Of a stretch of DNA of 64,000 nt, positions 11,911 to 24,830 are shown in pieces. The stretch is from Trichosphaerium sp. ATCC 40318. Its lineage: Eukaryota > Protista > Tubulinea. Location: positions 1 to 64,000 of the forward strand of contig JALMLS010000635.1 of NCBI GenBank assembly GCA_038496445.1, written 5' to 3'. The notes beneath the pieces are model-generated. The model did not search any database and was not told the DNA's origin. It saw only the letters and a program-made list of their open reading frames with translations. The position numbers and the translations under genes are program-made. Every line of letters starts with the position of its first letter. The stretch's first letter is position 1.

Positions 11911-14087
11911 GCAACATACACAGTAAGAGGTTTTATGATATCAAAAGACCTAGAGCAAGCGCAAAACTATCCCTGAGAATTCTAAACTAGAATCTGTTAC
12001 TCTTGGAATACTGTCTCCTTGGGTTTACTGTGTAAGCGATACAGTAAATGAAACAGCAAATGAAGATTATGAAAATACTGCTGGGCGCAGAGAGTGGAAT
12101 ATTTTTCCACGTGTTGTGCAACAAGGTGTAAAACCATTCAACCTTTCAATTTATGGATACTATGCAAAGGGTGTTGAAATAGCTGAAGAAGGATCTATGA
12201 ATGTGTGTATAAACGGTGAATGCATTCTAAAACAAGATTTGTTTTATTTGGTAAGCAAACTATTTTCATATTTTTTCCAACAATTTTAATCACGTGTTTT
12301 AGGACTATGGTGAAGTTTGCAATTTTCTTGATGTTTCAGCAGAAGATAAGATAGATAGAAATAGTTTTAATACCATATATGACATTGTTTGTGGAGAAGA
12401 AATAGAAGAAACTCCAATGGGCTGCCTATATAATCTATGTCTTCATATTGGTGGACAAATTGGAAAACTAGAGAGAATTTTATTAAGCAGTTCCACTTCT
12501 TGTATACACGCACACATGCGTGGGGATCATGTTTTAATTGTTTTTATTGTGCTTTTTTGACTTTGAACGTCAAAAAAAAATCAACTCTGATTCTGCGTAA
12601 AAAAAATTTATTTTTGCGGAGAAGATTTTAAAATACTATTTTCTCCTCCTGTTATGCCTTTTCAATGTTGATACCACTAACGTATGTCTCACTTGGAATG
12701 TTGTACCTGTTGTGAATACCTAAGGGCTGCTACAGGCTTTTGAGTCACAGTACAATTAAAAAATACCCAATAGCACATGGGAAGCTTTCTTTGCTTGTTA
12801 GACATGCATAGCACGCGGCTAAAAGCATTTGCGTGCAGTCATTGTGTGAATGAAAATGCAGTTGTGTTAAAGGTACGTTCAAAACCATTAAACGGCAGCC
12901 ATAATGCGTCAATTATTATAACACATTAATGACTACCCGTTCTGAGAGTATGGCTGCCGTTTTATGGTTTGTCTTTGAGATTTCGCCTAAATATCCCATC
13001 TCAACTATTTTTTTGTACTACAAAAAGTTATTAATACACTTTCTGAGGTATGCAGCGACAAATTCATGCCTAGTGAACCGTTTATAAACTCAAATTAAAA
13101 AATACCAAAAATAGTCCATCAAACCACTCAACAATCATGCCCACACAAGGACAGGCGTTTGGGGTTTGAGTGCAATGAACCAATTGAAGAAGTTGCCGCA
13201 GGTCAGCACAAAAAAAACAAAACATTGTCAAGAATATCAAAATACCGTCATATGCACGCTTTCATTCAAAAATGGTATGTGGGAGGGTACAAAGTTAAAG
13301 TAACAACGTTTAAAAGTAGTGAACAGCCAAAAAACTTAAAATTTTGGGCAATTGTATAGCGACTTTATTGCTAGCCAAACTCCTTCCAATGATACTACAG
13401 TGTACACGGCAATTGATTGGAGCTTTTTAGATTACTATTATGGAACAGGGGATGAGACTTTTTGCCTATAATTTGTAAAAATCACATGTAAAAACTTAAG
13501 CAACTCATGGAGATATTGCACAATAATTTTGAACGCTCTAATTATAACAGAATATGCCCGACATATAGTAGATAATGTACAAAAAATAAATTCACGTTTT
13601 TGTTTACTGCTAAGGACTTGGCGATTTTTTTTCCAAATGGGAACTACATAATAAAATTCTCTCTATTAGACGCATTTGAACACAAGCTTAAATATTTAGA
13701 AAAATAAACCTAGTGCTTCTACCAAATATTAAACATATTGACCAACTGACTTTGTCGTACGCCAGATGTGAAATGTAAGTAAAGAAGGAAAGCTTTTGGC
13801 ATCTATTGTTCCTGCTTACAGCGATGAGGTTCCAGCATGTTGACGTAATGTTACTATGGCACGAGTGGTTTTTCAACAAAAAACAAATGAGTAACAGCTT
13901 ATCTTTTAATGTCATGTATAGGCTTGACATACTCTACCAATTTTACTCGCACTTCAATTGGAAATTCTGTATCTAAATCATAAGCAAGGGTATCTAGAGA
14001 ACCACCTTCCATGAATGCCATTACAATTGCGTAATTGGGTAGAATAAGGCCAATAAGACTTAATATGTTCTCATGTTGTGGAAGTTT
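11911..14087 (+). repeat. Deleted and rearranged direct copy of 16865-18756 (unknown gene remnant plus kinase exon fragment)
   Basis: 11911-12468 matches 16865-17318 (the latter lacks about 105 bp), 13664-13920 matches 17319-17577, and 13932-14087 matches 18600-18756 (kinase LPQHENILSLIG...AFMEGGSL). Confidence 0.9.
12471..13663. mobile_element. Non-autonomous DNA transposon, 1193 bp, 24-bp TIRs, TA target-site duplication
   Basis: Left TIR GAGAGAATTTTATTAAGCAGTTCC (12471-12494) and right TIR GGAACTACATAATAAAATTCTCTC (13640-13663) differ by 2 mismatches. TA flanks both ends. The empty site GGAAAATTATTAGAC is present in the paralogous copy near 17313-17327. Confidence 0.9.
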
Positions 14088-14088
14088 T

Positions 14089-14740
14089 TTCTTTGAAACC
14101 TTTCTCATTTGTACCATTGTTCCAAACACTCATAGTACTTGATACCATAGGCAATGAAAGAAAATCATTAAACCAGCACAATGAAGACGGTGAGGACAAA
14201 TGCGTTGACAAAGAAACAAAAGAAACATTCCGAGTTCATACAGAACACGTGTCTAGTCCTATTTTTCAGCGCATGGCTGTGTACAAGAAAGATCAAGAAG
14301 AACTGAAACGTATTAGAAACGAACTATCTGCCATTGACACCCAAGATGCACTTCCAACACTCAAAAGGAAAAGAGTGGTTAATACAACTACTCAATCAAC
14401 AATCAACAAGAAACACCGAAAAATAGCTGATGCACCAAACCTGCTTGTTTCAATACCTATAGATACAGTAGCCCTCTCTATAAAGGACAAACCAACTAAC
14501 AAATCAAAGATAGATACTCCAACAATTTCTTCCCGATTACAACCAAGCGTAACAGCACCTTCTCCGACCAGAAACCAAACAGAATTGCTACAAGCAGGAT
14601 TTATTGAATCGGCAAACACAACCAGGATTGAAGCCACAAGCTCCTCCAGTAACACTACCTATAATAACCAGCTTGCCAAACTTTACGTTTCTGCCTACTC
14701 AACGACTACCAGAACCGAACCAGAATCGCCTGTAACCTAA
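14089..14740 (+). pseudogene. 5'-truncated fragment of the unknown family (copy 4) joined to a kinase fragment
   Basis: The ORF has RMAVYKKDQEELKRIRNELSAIDTQDALPTLKRKR, shared with copies 1 and 3. Its upstream exons are missing and replaced by kinase-derived DNA. Confidence 0.75.
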
Positions 14741-16592
14741 AAATGTCACAAGTATTACCATACAATAGTATAAGAAATAAATAGTCTGCTTCATTTCACC
14801 TGAGTAGTTCCAAGTACATCATTGGTAGTACTTACATGCTCATCAAATTAGTTTATTGCATCACATCAAACATCAGCGCTTGTCAGCAATCACATCAAGG
14901 TGTAGTTACTGTAGTAAATTTTAATTCTATACCTGTGATTGTCGGCTAATGGCTTAGCAAAAACTATTTGGGTGCCAAATGGAACAAAACAAAGTCAGCC
15001 AAATGGCTTACATTTTTGTTGTACAGTTTTTTGTTTTCATTTGTTAATCCCTTGCTGTTGGTAGTGTTCTCATACATGGCCTTGGTCAAAATTTGTTTGG
15101 TGGTTGATACAAGTATCACGTGGAATAAAGTTAACTTATAAGCAGGGCGGTGTTCACAACGCTTCTGAGTAGCACTACAGGTTATTAATAACATACATTT
15201 GATTCACATTACGGAATACTTCATTTTCTGACTTTGTTCAGTTTATCTCTGGATGTGCACATTGAAAAGAATACATCAGGATCATTGTCAGGAAATTATA
15301 AGTGCAATAAGTGCAATTTAATGGTAGTCCTTTTTTTTGCACACTTTGAGAAGGAAGGATGCTATTGTTATCAAACAATTTCGTTATTCCGTAATAAATA
15401 TCAATCCAAAATAGATGATACAATCGACAGCAGCACATTAAAACGGACGAGAGAAATGTCAATATACACGCTAGCCTTGATAACGATTTTTACAAAGGTA
15501 AATGGCGCAAAAAATACCAAGCCTCTGAATCACGTGTTGAACTAGCCTTTGGGCTAGAAGACAAAACTGCTTTTCCAATTTGTATCAGAAAATCATAAAA
15601 CTGTCCAGTATGTACAGGCAGCACCTTCTTGCCTCCAATAGTGAGGACTCTTTGGAAGCCTGTCTTAAACAAGCCAACAATTAACTTAAACTGGAAACGT
15701 AAAACTGCAGATTTACTAAAATCAAATAAATGGGAAGTAAAAGCAGCAAAGATACAAAAATTAAAGGTAAGTCAGTACACCACCCTTGCGGCTATCAAGT
15801 GTATGAATTGATCGACTTACGCATTTGTAGCCCCTTCAAACCCTCCAGCGAGTACTAAGACGTCGAATGTAGAAAAGTACATTAGGTTTTAGGCTTGTTA
15901 CCATAGCTTACATTGAGTTGTAGAGAACTTTCGTACAAAGTCATTACTATTGGTGATACTGGCGTTGGAAAGACAAACTTTGTACTGAGATTCGTTGATA
16001 ACACATTTTCAGTTTCTAGTGAAGCCACATTGGGTGATGATTATTACGTAATACGTGCAACATGCAAACAATGCCCAAAACGTTGTTCTCCCAGCAATAC
16101 GCTGCTTACATTTTAGTTTAACATCACATGTTAGAAATTCTAGCTCATGTTTTCGTAGAAGTTTAAAACAATTCAAGTTGATGGCCACCAAGTAAAACTC
16201 AACATTTGGGATACTTTCGGTGTGCTTGTTGCTATATGAGGGTTTGTTTTAAAGATGTTTCTATAGGTCAGAAACGAGTCACCACACATAATATGCAACG
16301 TCCATATAGAGCTGCTAAAGGTGTTTTGATTTTTTTATGATATTACATGCCAGAAGTCTTTTGATAATGTAATACTGTGGCTAAAAGAGGTTGAACGATA
16401 TGCAATGGATAATGTACGAATAATACTTGTTGGAACAAAAAGTGATCTAACAGATGACCGTGTTGTTGATACTGCTGTCGCCAAGGTAAAGTCAATAAGT
16501 TTTATTCTAAATAAAGTACTGTCTTTTGATATTCATCTTAGGAATTTGCTGATCAACTCAAGATAAAGTTCATTGAAACATCAGCCAAAGAT
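14089..16592 (+). repeat. Inverted segmental duplication, copy B (matches 1-2533)
   Basis: Reverse complement of 1-2533; contains a 3' fragment of the unknown family and the intact Rab gene. Confidence 0.95.
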
Positions 16593-16705
16593 TTCATAAA
16601 CGGTATGCTAGAACATAAGTACCAAGTAGTTTCTTACTTGTGTTTGTAGTAAACGAAGCTTTTGATGTACTAGTATCTACCATAATAGAAACAGAAAACA
16701 ATTGA
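15730..16705 (+). CDS. Rab1-like small GTPase with N-terminal myristoylation motif and no C-terminal cysteines
   Basis: Spliced product: MGSKSSKDTKIKAPSNPPASTKTSNVEKELSYKVITIGDTGVGKTNFVLRF...KLNIWDTFGQKR...YRAAKGVLIFYDIT...WLKEVERYA...VGTKSDL...FIETSAKD...VNEAFDVLVSTIIETENN*. Confidence 0.85.
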
Positions 16706-17922
16706 AGAACATTAAAGGAAGCTATAACAGGATGACGATATCTCCCATTAAAGCAAAAACCAAGCAGCTTAGACGACAAAAAATACAATCTTCTTTTACG
16801 ACAATTCACACTAGTGGATCAACACGTTTTTATTGTGAATCTGAAATTTTTCACCTAGCAGTGTAACATACACAGTTACAGGTTTTATGATATCAAAAAG
16901 ACCTAGAGAGCAAGCGTAAAACTGTCCCTGAGAATTCTAAACTAGAATCTGTTACTCTTGGAATACTGTCTCCTTGGGTTAAAACCATTCAACCTTTCAA
17001 TTTATGGATACTATGCAAAGGGTGTTGAAATAGCTGAAGAAGGATCTATGAATGTTTGTATAAACGGTGAATGCATTCTAAAACAAGATTTGTTTGATTT
17101 TGTAAGCAAACTATTTTCATATTTTTTCCAACAATTTTAATCACGTGTTTTAGGACTATGGTGAAGTTTGCAATTTTCTTGATGTTTCAGCAGAAGACAC
17201 AATAGATAGAAATAGTTTTAATACCATATATGGCATTGTTTGTGGAGGAGTAATAGGAGAAACTCCAATGGGCTGCCTATATAATCTATGTCTTCATATT
17301 GGTGGACAAATTGGAAAATTATTAGACGCATTTGAACACAAGCTTAAATATTTAGAAAAATAAACCTAGTGCTTACTACAAATATTAAACATATTGACCA
17401 ACTGACTTTGTCGTATGCCAGTCATGTGAAATGAGCAAAGAAGGAAAAATGTTGGCATCTACTGTTCCTGGTTACAGCGATGAGGTTCCAGCATGTTGAA
17501 CGTTACAAACTATAACACGAGTGGTTTTTCAACAAAAAACAAATGAGTAACAGCTTATCTTTTAATGTCATGTATAGTAGGCCTTCAAAAGGCAAATAGA
17601 ACAAACAGTAGAGGGTTTCTTCTACATGATTATCATTTTGCAACTTTTTCCATTCGTGGCTGCCGCTAGTACAAGTACAATCCATTGTCAACGAAGCATG
17701 GTGGTTAACGGTTTCATTGTTCCTGCTACAATTCAACCACAAATCAATAAGCAGCGTATTAATATGTATCCTTTATACTTGCTAACACTGAAACTAGCTT
17801 TGCATGTACACATATTAGCCATGAAACAATATAACAAACTCTAAGCCTTGTACATCGAAAACATGTGTATTCTATTCTTTTGGTACAAGTAAACTTACAA
17901 GTATTTGGGAATTGTTCGCTGT

Positions 17923-20900
17923 TTACAGTGAAAGAGATTTGTCTTCCCACTTGGCTATCATTTTACAAATAATTTTAAAATTAGGTCGTTCGTTTTCATC
18001 CTTTATAAAACAGGCATTCATTATTGTAGAAACATTATCTGGTGTGCACTCTGGAACACCAGGGTTAATCTTTTCTTTCAAAATCTTATATGCAATCTCA
18101 ACATCATTGACCTCTGAATATGGCCATTTTCTTGCGAATATCTCATACCTATAAAGTGTTAAATCAACAAACCGATATCGCTTGATTCAAGCCACTGACT
18201 TAAGAAAAAAAACAGAAAAAAAAAAGACTTGTAAGGAAGGTCGTACAATGTGATGCCATAAGACCAAACATCCGATTTAACACCGTATTGTCTTGTTGCT
18301 AGCGCTTCAGGTGACATCCATCTTATAGGAAAGCCATTATCCGCTTTAGTAGCTCCTTTCATCTCGTACTTATCGACAATTCTCGCAAGACCAAAGTCAG
18401 CAACCTTCGGATTCATATTACTATCCAATAAAATATTCCTAGCTGCCAAATCTCGGTGCTAGATACAGGTTAATACAACAGCTTTTGCTGAGAATAGTTT
18501 GACATACAATGATTTTAAACTTATGTAAATGCTTCATGCCTAAAGCAATACCCCTATTTGAGAAAAGAATGAGAACAGTATTTCGTAGACAGTGACGTAC
18601 TCTACCAATTTTACTCGCACTTCAATTGGAAATTCTGTATCTAAATCATAAGCAAGAGTATCTAGAGAACCACCTTCCATGAATGCCATTACAATTGCGT
18701 AATCGGGTAGAATAAGGCCAATAAGACTTAATACGTTCTCATGTTGTGGAAGTTTCATCATAATAGTCACTTCCTCCTATTTTCAAAACATTACCAATTT
18801 GTACTGACAATGACAACAACCAAAGAGAACCGTATTCTCTAGAGAACAAAAAAAATCGATTTCAGGTGCTTGATAAAACACAAAAGCAGTTTTCTCAAGT
18901 ACATCAAAAAAAAATACTATGGGTTGAGGTGTGTACCATAAAATTATCTTTGAATGCTTGTGAACTACCATTAGGTCGCTTTACAGCAACTTTCTGATTT
19001 TTCCAATACCCTACAAGAGTTATAAATACAAACTAAAGATATATAACACATACCGACTAAAACAACACCAGAAGCACCTGCACCTATCTCTTTTTCTACT
19101 TCTACTTCAGATGAAGGTATAATCATATACCCGGATGTTTTAGAAGCAGATTCGAGTCCTGTAATATTTATACCACTATATGTTTCATGATCTTCATGGT
19201 TAGCGGTTGTAAGTTCTATGCGATGATTAAAACACAAGGAAAGTGAAGAAAGATAAAATGGACAAAAAAAAATGCTAAGGAATAGTGCAGTTGTTGATAT
19301 CTTGCGCCTGCAAGTTGCTTATGTATGAAAATACACTATAGACAATAATCAACAAGCACAGGATCCTATTGGAATGGCAAATGCATCCAATACTTCTAAT
19401 TGAAAGAGAATAAAATCCATACCTGCCACAACGCCTCTTTCGGAGTTTTGAACTTCTAAATTATTTGAACGTTTCGTTCTTATGAAAACATAGCCAATAA
19501 CAACTGCAAGTATTACAATAACTATGAGTGCTACAGCGACAATAGCTGATATAATAACAGCAGGGTTAGAGTTTGATTCGGGTTCAACAGATTCAGCAGG
19601 TTCAACAGGACCAGGTGCTACAGGAAAAAAGTTACATTAAGTGTCAATGCACAAATACTATCCATTGATTTCTTAACGTACATCCGCTTGAAAAAGGTAT
19701 AGAGGTTTCAGGAAACTCAAACAATATCTAGATATGGTTAAGGGCTTATGTACATATACTTACAGAAGCGTAGGTACCTGAGAACTATCTGCTAATGTTA
19801 AAGTAAAATCAAGCACGTTTTGTTCTATGTTACGCTTTGTTGTTGTAACAGGTGATGCAACAAATGTAAAGGTTAATCCCTGAAGAAATATATTAGTATA
19901 AAACCACGTGACCTTCGATTAAATAGAATCGTTCAGACAATCTCAGTTTTACCATTAAAAAAAAAACTGCAACTGCTTTTGTTGGCGTACATTTGTGGAT
20001 GTCACTGTGGCACTAACATTTTGCCCGACATTGAACCACAACACTGTAATATTTTGCCTTTTATTTGCATTAGTATACACTTGTGAAAGAGAAAAAGGTT
20101 TTTAGGCTATTTTTTAGCACTAAATTTTGTGTTTGTGCATGCAATGCTATCACGAATAGCAAGCTACTTCATAGATGTATATGCACGCAACGCTTTGCGT
20201 GATGCTAGTTGTAAAAATGCACGTGCTTATTAAAATCACGTGTCTTGTCGTAAAATTTGTAAAAGCGTTTTCGGGTCAAATAAGTTTCATCGCGTACTCT
20301 ATAAAGTCAGAAAACGGTGTAACTTTAGCCTCTACTAAAATCTTAACTCTATCACCAATCTAATCCATTAGTTAAAAAAAATACAAGATGTACAATTATA
20401 CCATAAATGGTGTTGTTGTGTTATATTGAGTACAACTTGTACCATCAACACAAAATTGCACATCAAAATCTTCATTAGTAAGTGTAGATGGAGCTTTTGG
20501 TTCAGTTGGAGCCTCAATTGTTGGTGATACTGTTGTAGGAATTGTTGGTGGTTCAGTTGGTGCCCCGGTTGTTGGTGGTACTGTTGTCGGAATTGTTGGA
20601 GGCACAGTTGTTGGTGAAACAGTTGGAGGCTCAGTTGTTGGTGATACTGTTGTCGGAATTGTTGGTGCAACAGTTGGTGCTTCGGTCGTTGGTGGTAAGG
20701 TTGTCGGAATAGTTGGCGGCCCAGTCGTTGGTAGTGTAGGAGGTCCGGCACAGGGTTGCTAAATCATCTGGTTAACGTGATTGTAACAATTAGCGTTTAC
20801 CTTGGCAGTGTACTCAGGCACCTCAAAGCCTAGGAAGTAGCCTAGTCCACGTGTAACACTAGAGCCTCTAAATACATCATTATCGCCTCCGTCTATACGA

Positions 20901-23604
20901 ATATTATTAGCTCAAAAGAGACAAAAAAAGTGATTAAAACTGGAAGGAGCAAACAACTAAGAAAATTACCAGCTTTTCCAATAAGGAAATATATAATGCT
21001 TGTATTCTTAAAAGCTTGTGATGGTAATACAGAAGGTAGAGCAGAAACAGCCAAATATGATCCTAAGAAGTTATTAAATAAAATTGATAAAAAAACATCA
21101 CCAGAAAATTAACTACTTTCTTCATGTTCGCTTAACTACTCAAGGAAAAAAGAACTTAAAATGGATGTCGTACTTGCAAATTCCCAGTCTGTCTCCCCTC
21201 TACCCTCAAACATAAGCTGAACTCCAGTGGACAGTGTCCCATTTAAGTCGCTATCTACAGATACACACACAAGAGATTGCCCACCACTAACCTCTATAGG
21301 CAGAACTGAAACTACATTTGTTTTTTGTGTTCCCATAAGTATGGTTGTGGATACCCCTGCTCCTGTATTTTGCACAGAAGTTCTAAAATTAAAACGCTAA
21401 AGAGACATTAGTATAATAACTAAAGTAATGCGCTGCATTGCAAAGAAACAGGAAAAAGATGACAAAACAGTTTTTTTCAAAAAAAATAAGAATGGTAAAA
21501 AGACCACTAGATGTCTATGTTATTTTCTTTCGTACACGAAAGACTGGTGCTCCACATTGAGCTTGATCCCATAGATCTACACCAGGTTGGTTTATTGTTT
21601 CCATACGAGTAAAACTAGAAGAGAAATCGATATCTTCTTCTTCAACAAAAAACAAATCAGCATCTACTCCTGGGAGAGGGTTTGTAAGAGATACTACTGA
21701 TGCCGCCTCTACAAATTGTAAGCTTATTGTAAAGTATTCACACCATACACAAAACCTCCTACCTATATTATAAAACTCCTTTAAGTTAACTTTCAAGCTG
21801 GTAGTTAAGCAATTTTGAGAACATGTTGCGTGCATTTCTAACGTAAATTCAAATACCACTCCTCGACCCTAAAACAAATGTTACTATACTAGTTTAATAA
21901 ACCGCATACTTGTGTGCCACTATCTACAAAAATAGTTTGTAGTGGTTTAACTGTAGAGCCGTCATAATGAAAATAATCCAAAGTCTATTGTTAATGTTAG
22001 ACTTGAATTTTTTTTTTCTTGATTTAGCGATCATACAAAGGCAGATCCAGTTTGAGTGTATAATGTGGGTGCAACTTTAAATACACCATAGTTTCCTTTT
22101 TGTGAGACAATCTCTACACCTCTTATTCTTGTATCTAAACAATAGGATTAGTTTCTTTCTAAGAAAGAATAAAAAATGTATACCATCAGGCTTAGGTATC
22201 ATGATGTATATATTCTCTTCACCTCCCAATAGATTCACCACAAGTAAGTACTCGTAATCATTATTCGTTGGAGCTCGCGGAAAACCTATAAACAAAGGTA
22301 CATAAGACAAACACTCAGAGTTTTTTGATTTCGTACTGTGTCCATGAACTTGTAGAACATTTCCATCATTATTATTATGTGTTGGTTGAATAATCACATT
22401 TGGCCCATCAGATTTCATGAAAATACTTTTAGCATAATTGAAGCCTTCTACTTCTTCCAAGGCGCTGTCACTAGCATTAACTACTGTAGGAATAGATGGC
22501 AATCCTTTAAGATCCCATATTTTTGAAGCAGCAGCTGCCAAATTATCTGAAACATGCCAATAAAAGAAAAAATAACTCGGATCATCTGTATCAATTTCAA
22601 CAAGCTCTAGGTTCACCGAAGGAGTGGTAGAAGGATCATCAACTATGACATAAATTTTACAGCGTCCTCCTAGAAGACAAAAGATTGTTTAGAGTACACA
22701 AACACAACATCAAAAAAAAAAAGAAAAAAAATGTGAAAAAAAAAAAAAACCGAATCGATTTTTTCACTCAAAAAAAGAACGTACTCGATATACCACCAAG
22801 AACAAAATCAGGTTCAGAACTAAAAATACTACCTAAGATAACAAGTGTTTGTAATGCTATAAACACAATTTTCTTGCAAAAAACGAACCTGTATTGGCCA
22901 TTACATCGCTCACAGCTGTACTACCAGCAAAATAGCATTGATCACCAGCTGTCACTGGCGCTGCAACTATTAATGCTATAGGATCATTTGAACCGGTATT
23001 TGAGACTCTATCAAGCCTCGCCAAACCAACGTATTGAGTATCAGTTACAGAGGTATCAAAACCAAGCAAGGCAGATGCGAAAGGCGTCACAACGTTTGAT
23101 AGGGTGAGCGAACCTTTATCAACAAAGCTAGTCACTACAAAAAAAAAAGTCGTTAAAACAACGAACGCCAACGCTATTAAAGAATGTGACTATCGTTATC
23201 TAGCGTTTTTTGGATTGTTAATGATTAAAACAAACTTGAAAACAAACAAAAAGCGTAAAAATCCGATTTACTTATTGTAATCGTGTATTTCAAGCGTATC
23301 TTGCACTAAGGTGGTTGTTTGATCGGAAAAAACACAAAAAAGTTTTTATTAATTATGTGTAGTAAAAGAAGTATGTATGTACGCTAACCTAGTACGTAGT
23401 CATGATTGAGGGTTATAGGATCTAGTTTTACAGATATACTTGTAGGAATAGCGTGTTCGTAAGGCCCTTCGATATCTGGTAGTACAACAACGTTAGCGAA
23501 CCTATCAAATGCCAATAGAAGATGTACTGTGTACCGGTAGCAGTTACGAACAAAACCAAGACGTTAATAACACTCCATAGTAGTAATACTATTTGAACGC
23601 CCAT
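17923..23604 (-). CDS. Receptor tyrosine kinase-like protein (signal peptide, large ectodomain, Pro/Thr-rich stalk, TM, kinase)
   Basis: Starts with MGVQIVLLLWSVINVLVLFV; TM segment near 19490-19560. Kinase motifs are EIGAGASGVV, HRDLAARNILL, VADFGLAR, PIRWMSPE and KSDVWSYGITLYE; ends WEDKSLSL*. Many GT-AG introns; internal boundaries are approximate. Confidence 0.85.
20495..20750 (-). repeat. Coding Pro/Thr-rich tandem repeat (PPTIPTTV.PTT.AP units) in the kinase stalk
   Basis: Repeated GTTGTCGGAATTGTTGG / GTTGGTGG units encoding a mucin-like stalk. Confidence 0.85.
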
Positions 23605-24379
23605 GCGAGCGCCTTTAATTTAATTCACTCTATTTGAATCTAAGTCGGGATGATTTCTAGTAGTTTGAAGTATTTGGACAAATCAGTATACTTTAGTTGT
23701 TTGCATGCTAATACAGCTCGTATCAAAGAAACTAGAACAATTAATTGTGTTAGTGAACGGAAAAGGGTTATTTGGAAGTGTCGAATCTATTTTCGTTTTT
23801 TGGACTGTTTTTAACGTCTTAACCTCTTTTAACGTACTATGGTAATTGGCAAAACGCTTGTGCTTCTTTGTAAGGTTTGGGAAGCGAACAAATCGTTTGG
23901 CGGTTAGATATCACCCAAAAAACACAAGAAACGCCCTAAAACCTTGTTTAGATACCGTAAAAAATTATCCAACTCGAATAAAGCGCGTTTATTGGATACA
24001 ATTGAGATTGTCCACATTTTCAGTTCGGATTTTTTTTCCGGCGTGAATTTTGAGCGAAAGGTCGGGTTCTTGTCCCGAGCAAAGCGAAGGGCCCGACCGA
24101 GACCGAACCGAGACTACTACACTCTCATAATTTTCGAACTAATGCGGACACCGTGTATATAACTCTATTTTATTGTAAGTTGAGTGGACTGTTTAAAAGG
24201 CCACTCCTGATTTGTAGCACAAGTGATGTTATGCTCACATGATACTTTAAGGGATAGCACAGAGTTGTGAGGGCTACATATGTCAGAAACCATCCAGACA
24301 AATCGGGCTGCTATCACGCTATGTCAATAGATACTTGTAAACATAACCAGTTGGAGTATGAAGTTACTGGTAAACTCTG

Positions 24380-24830
24380 TGAGCCTTCATATCCTCTCTG
24401 GTTATGTTAACACATCCCTCCAAAAAGATAACTTGTACACCGGACATTGCGTTTAAGCTTCAGTAATTGTATGCCTGCTATTGCTTTTACACCTTCATCT
24501 GTTATCTCATCACAATGATCCATGTACACCAACCAAAGACTTCAGCTCTTCATCTGCACCAGATAAATTGATATTGTGTACGCCAGCCAAAGCTTTAATA
24601 CCTTCATCTGTCACATGTGGACTTCTCATATTTGTGCATGTACACTAGCCAAAAGCTGAATAGATAATTGAAATAGCCTCAAACTCGCCGGTTCATGTGC
24701 CACATTTTTACAATCCATCAAATTATCTGGAGAATGGACAACCGAGAGCATGAAGGTACTAAGATACAGGTTGACCACTTTGGTGTATAACCCCAATAGT
24801 AAATTCTCGTATTTGAAAAAAAGAAAATAA
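24380..24830 (-). pseudogene. Degenerate LRR remnant related to the F-box/LRR gene at 38125
   Basis: Contains VTDEGIKALAGVHNINLSG and CDEITDEGVK repeats interrupted by stops and frameshifts. Confidence 0.65.

Noticed and set aside
20368-20751. Q/H-rich 127-aa ORF
   Set aside because: Alternative frame of the Pro/Thr repeat exon of the kinase.
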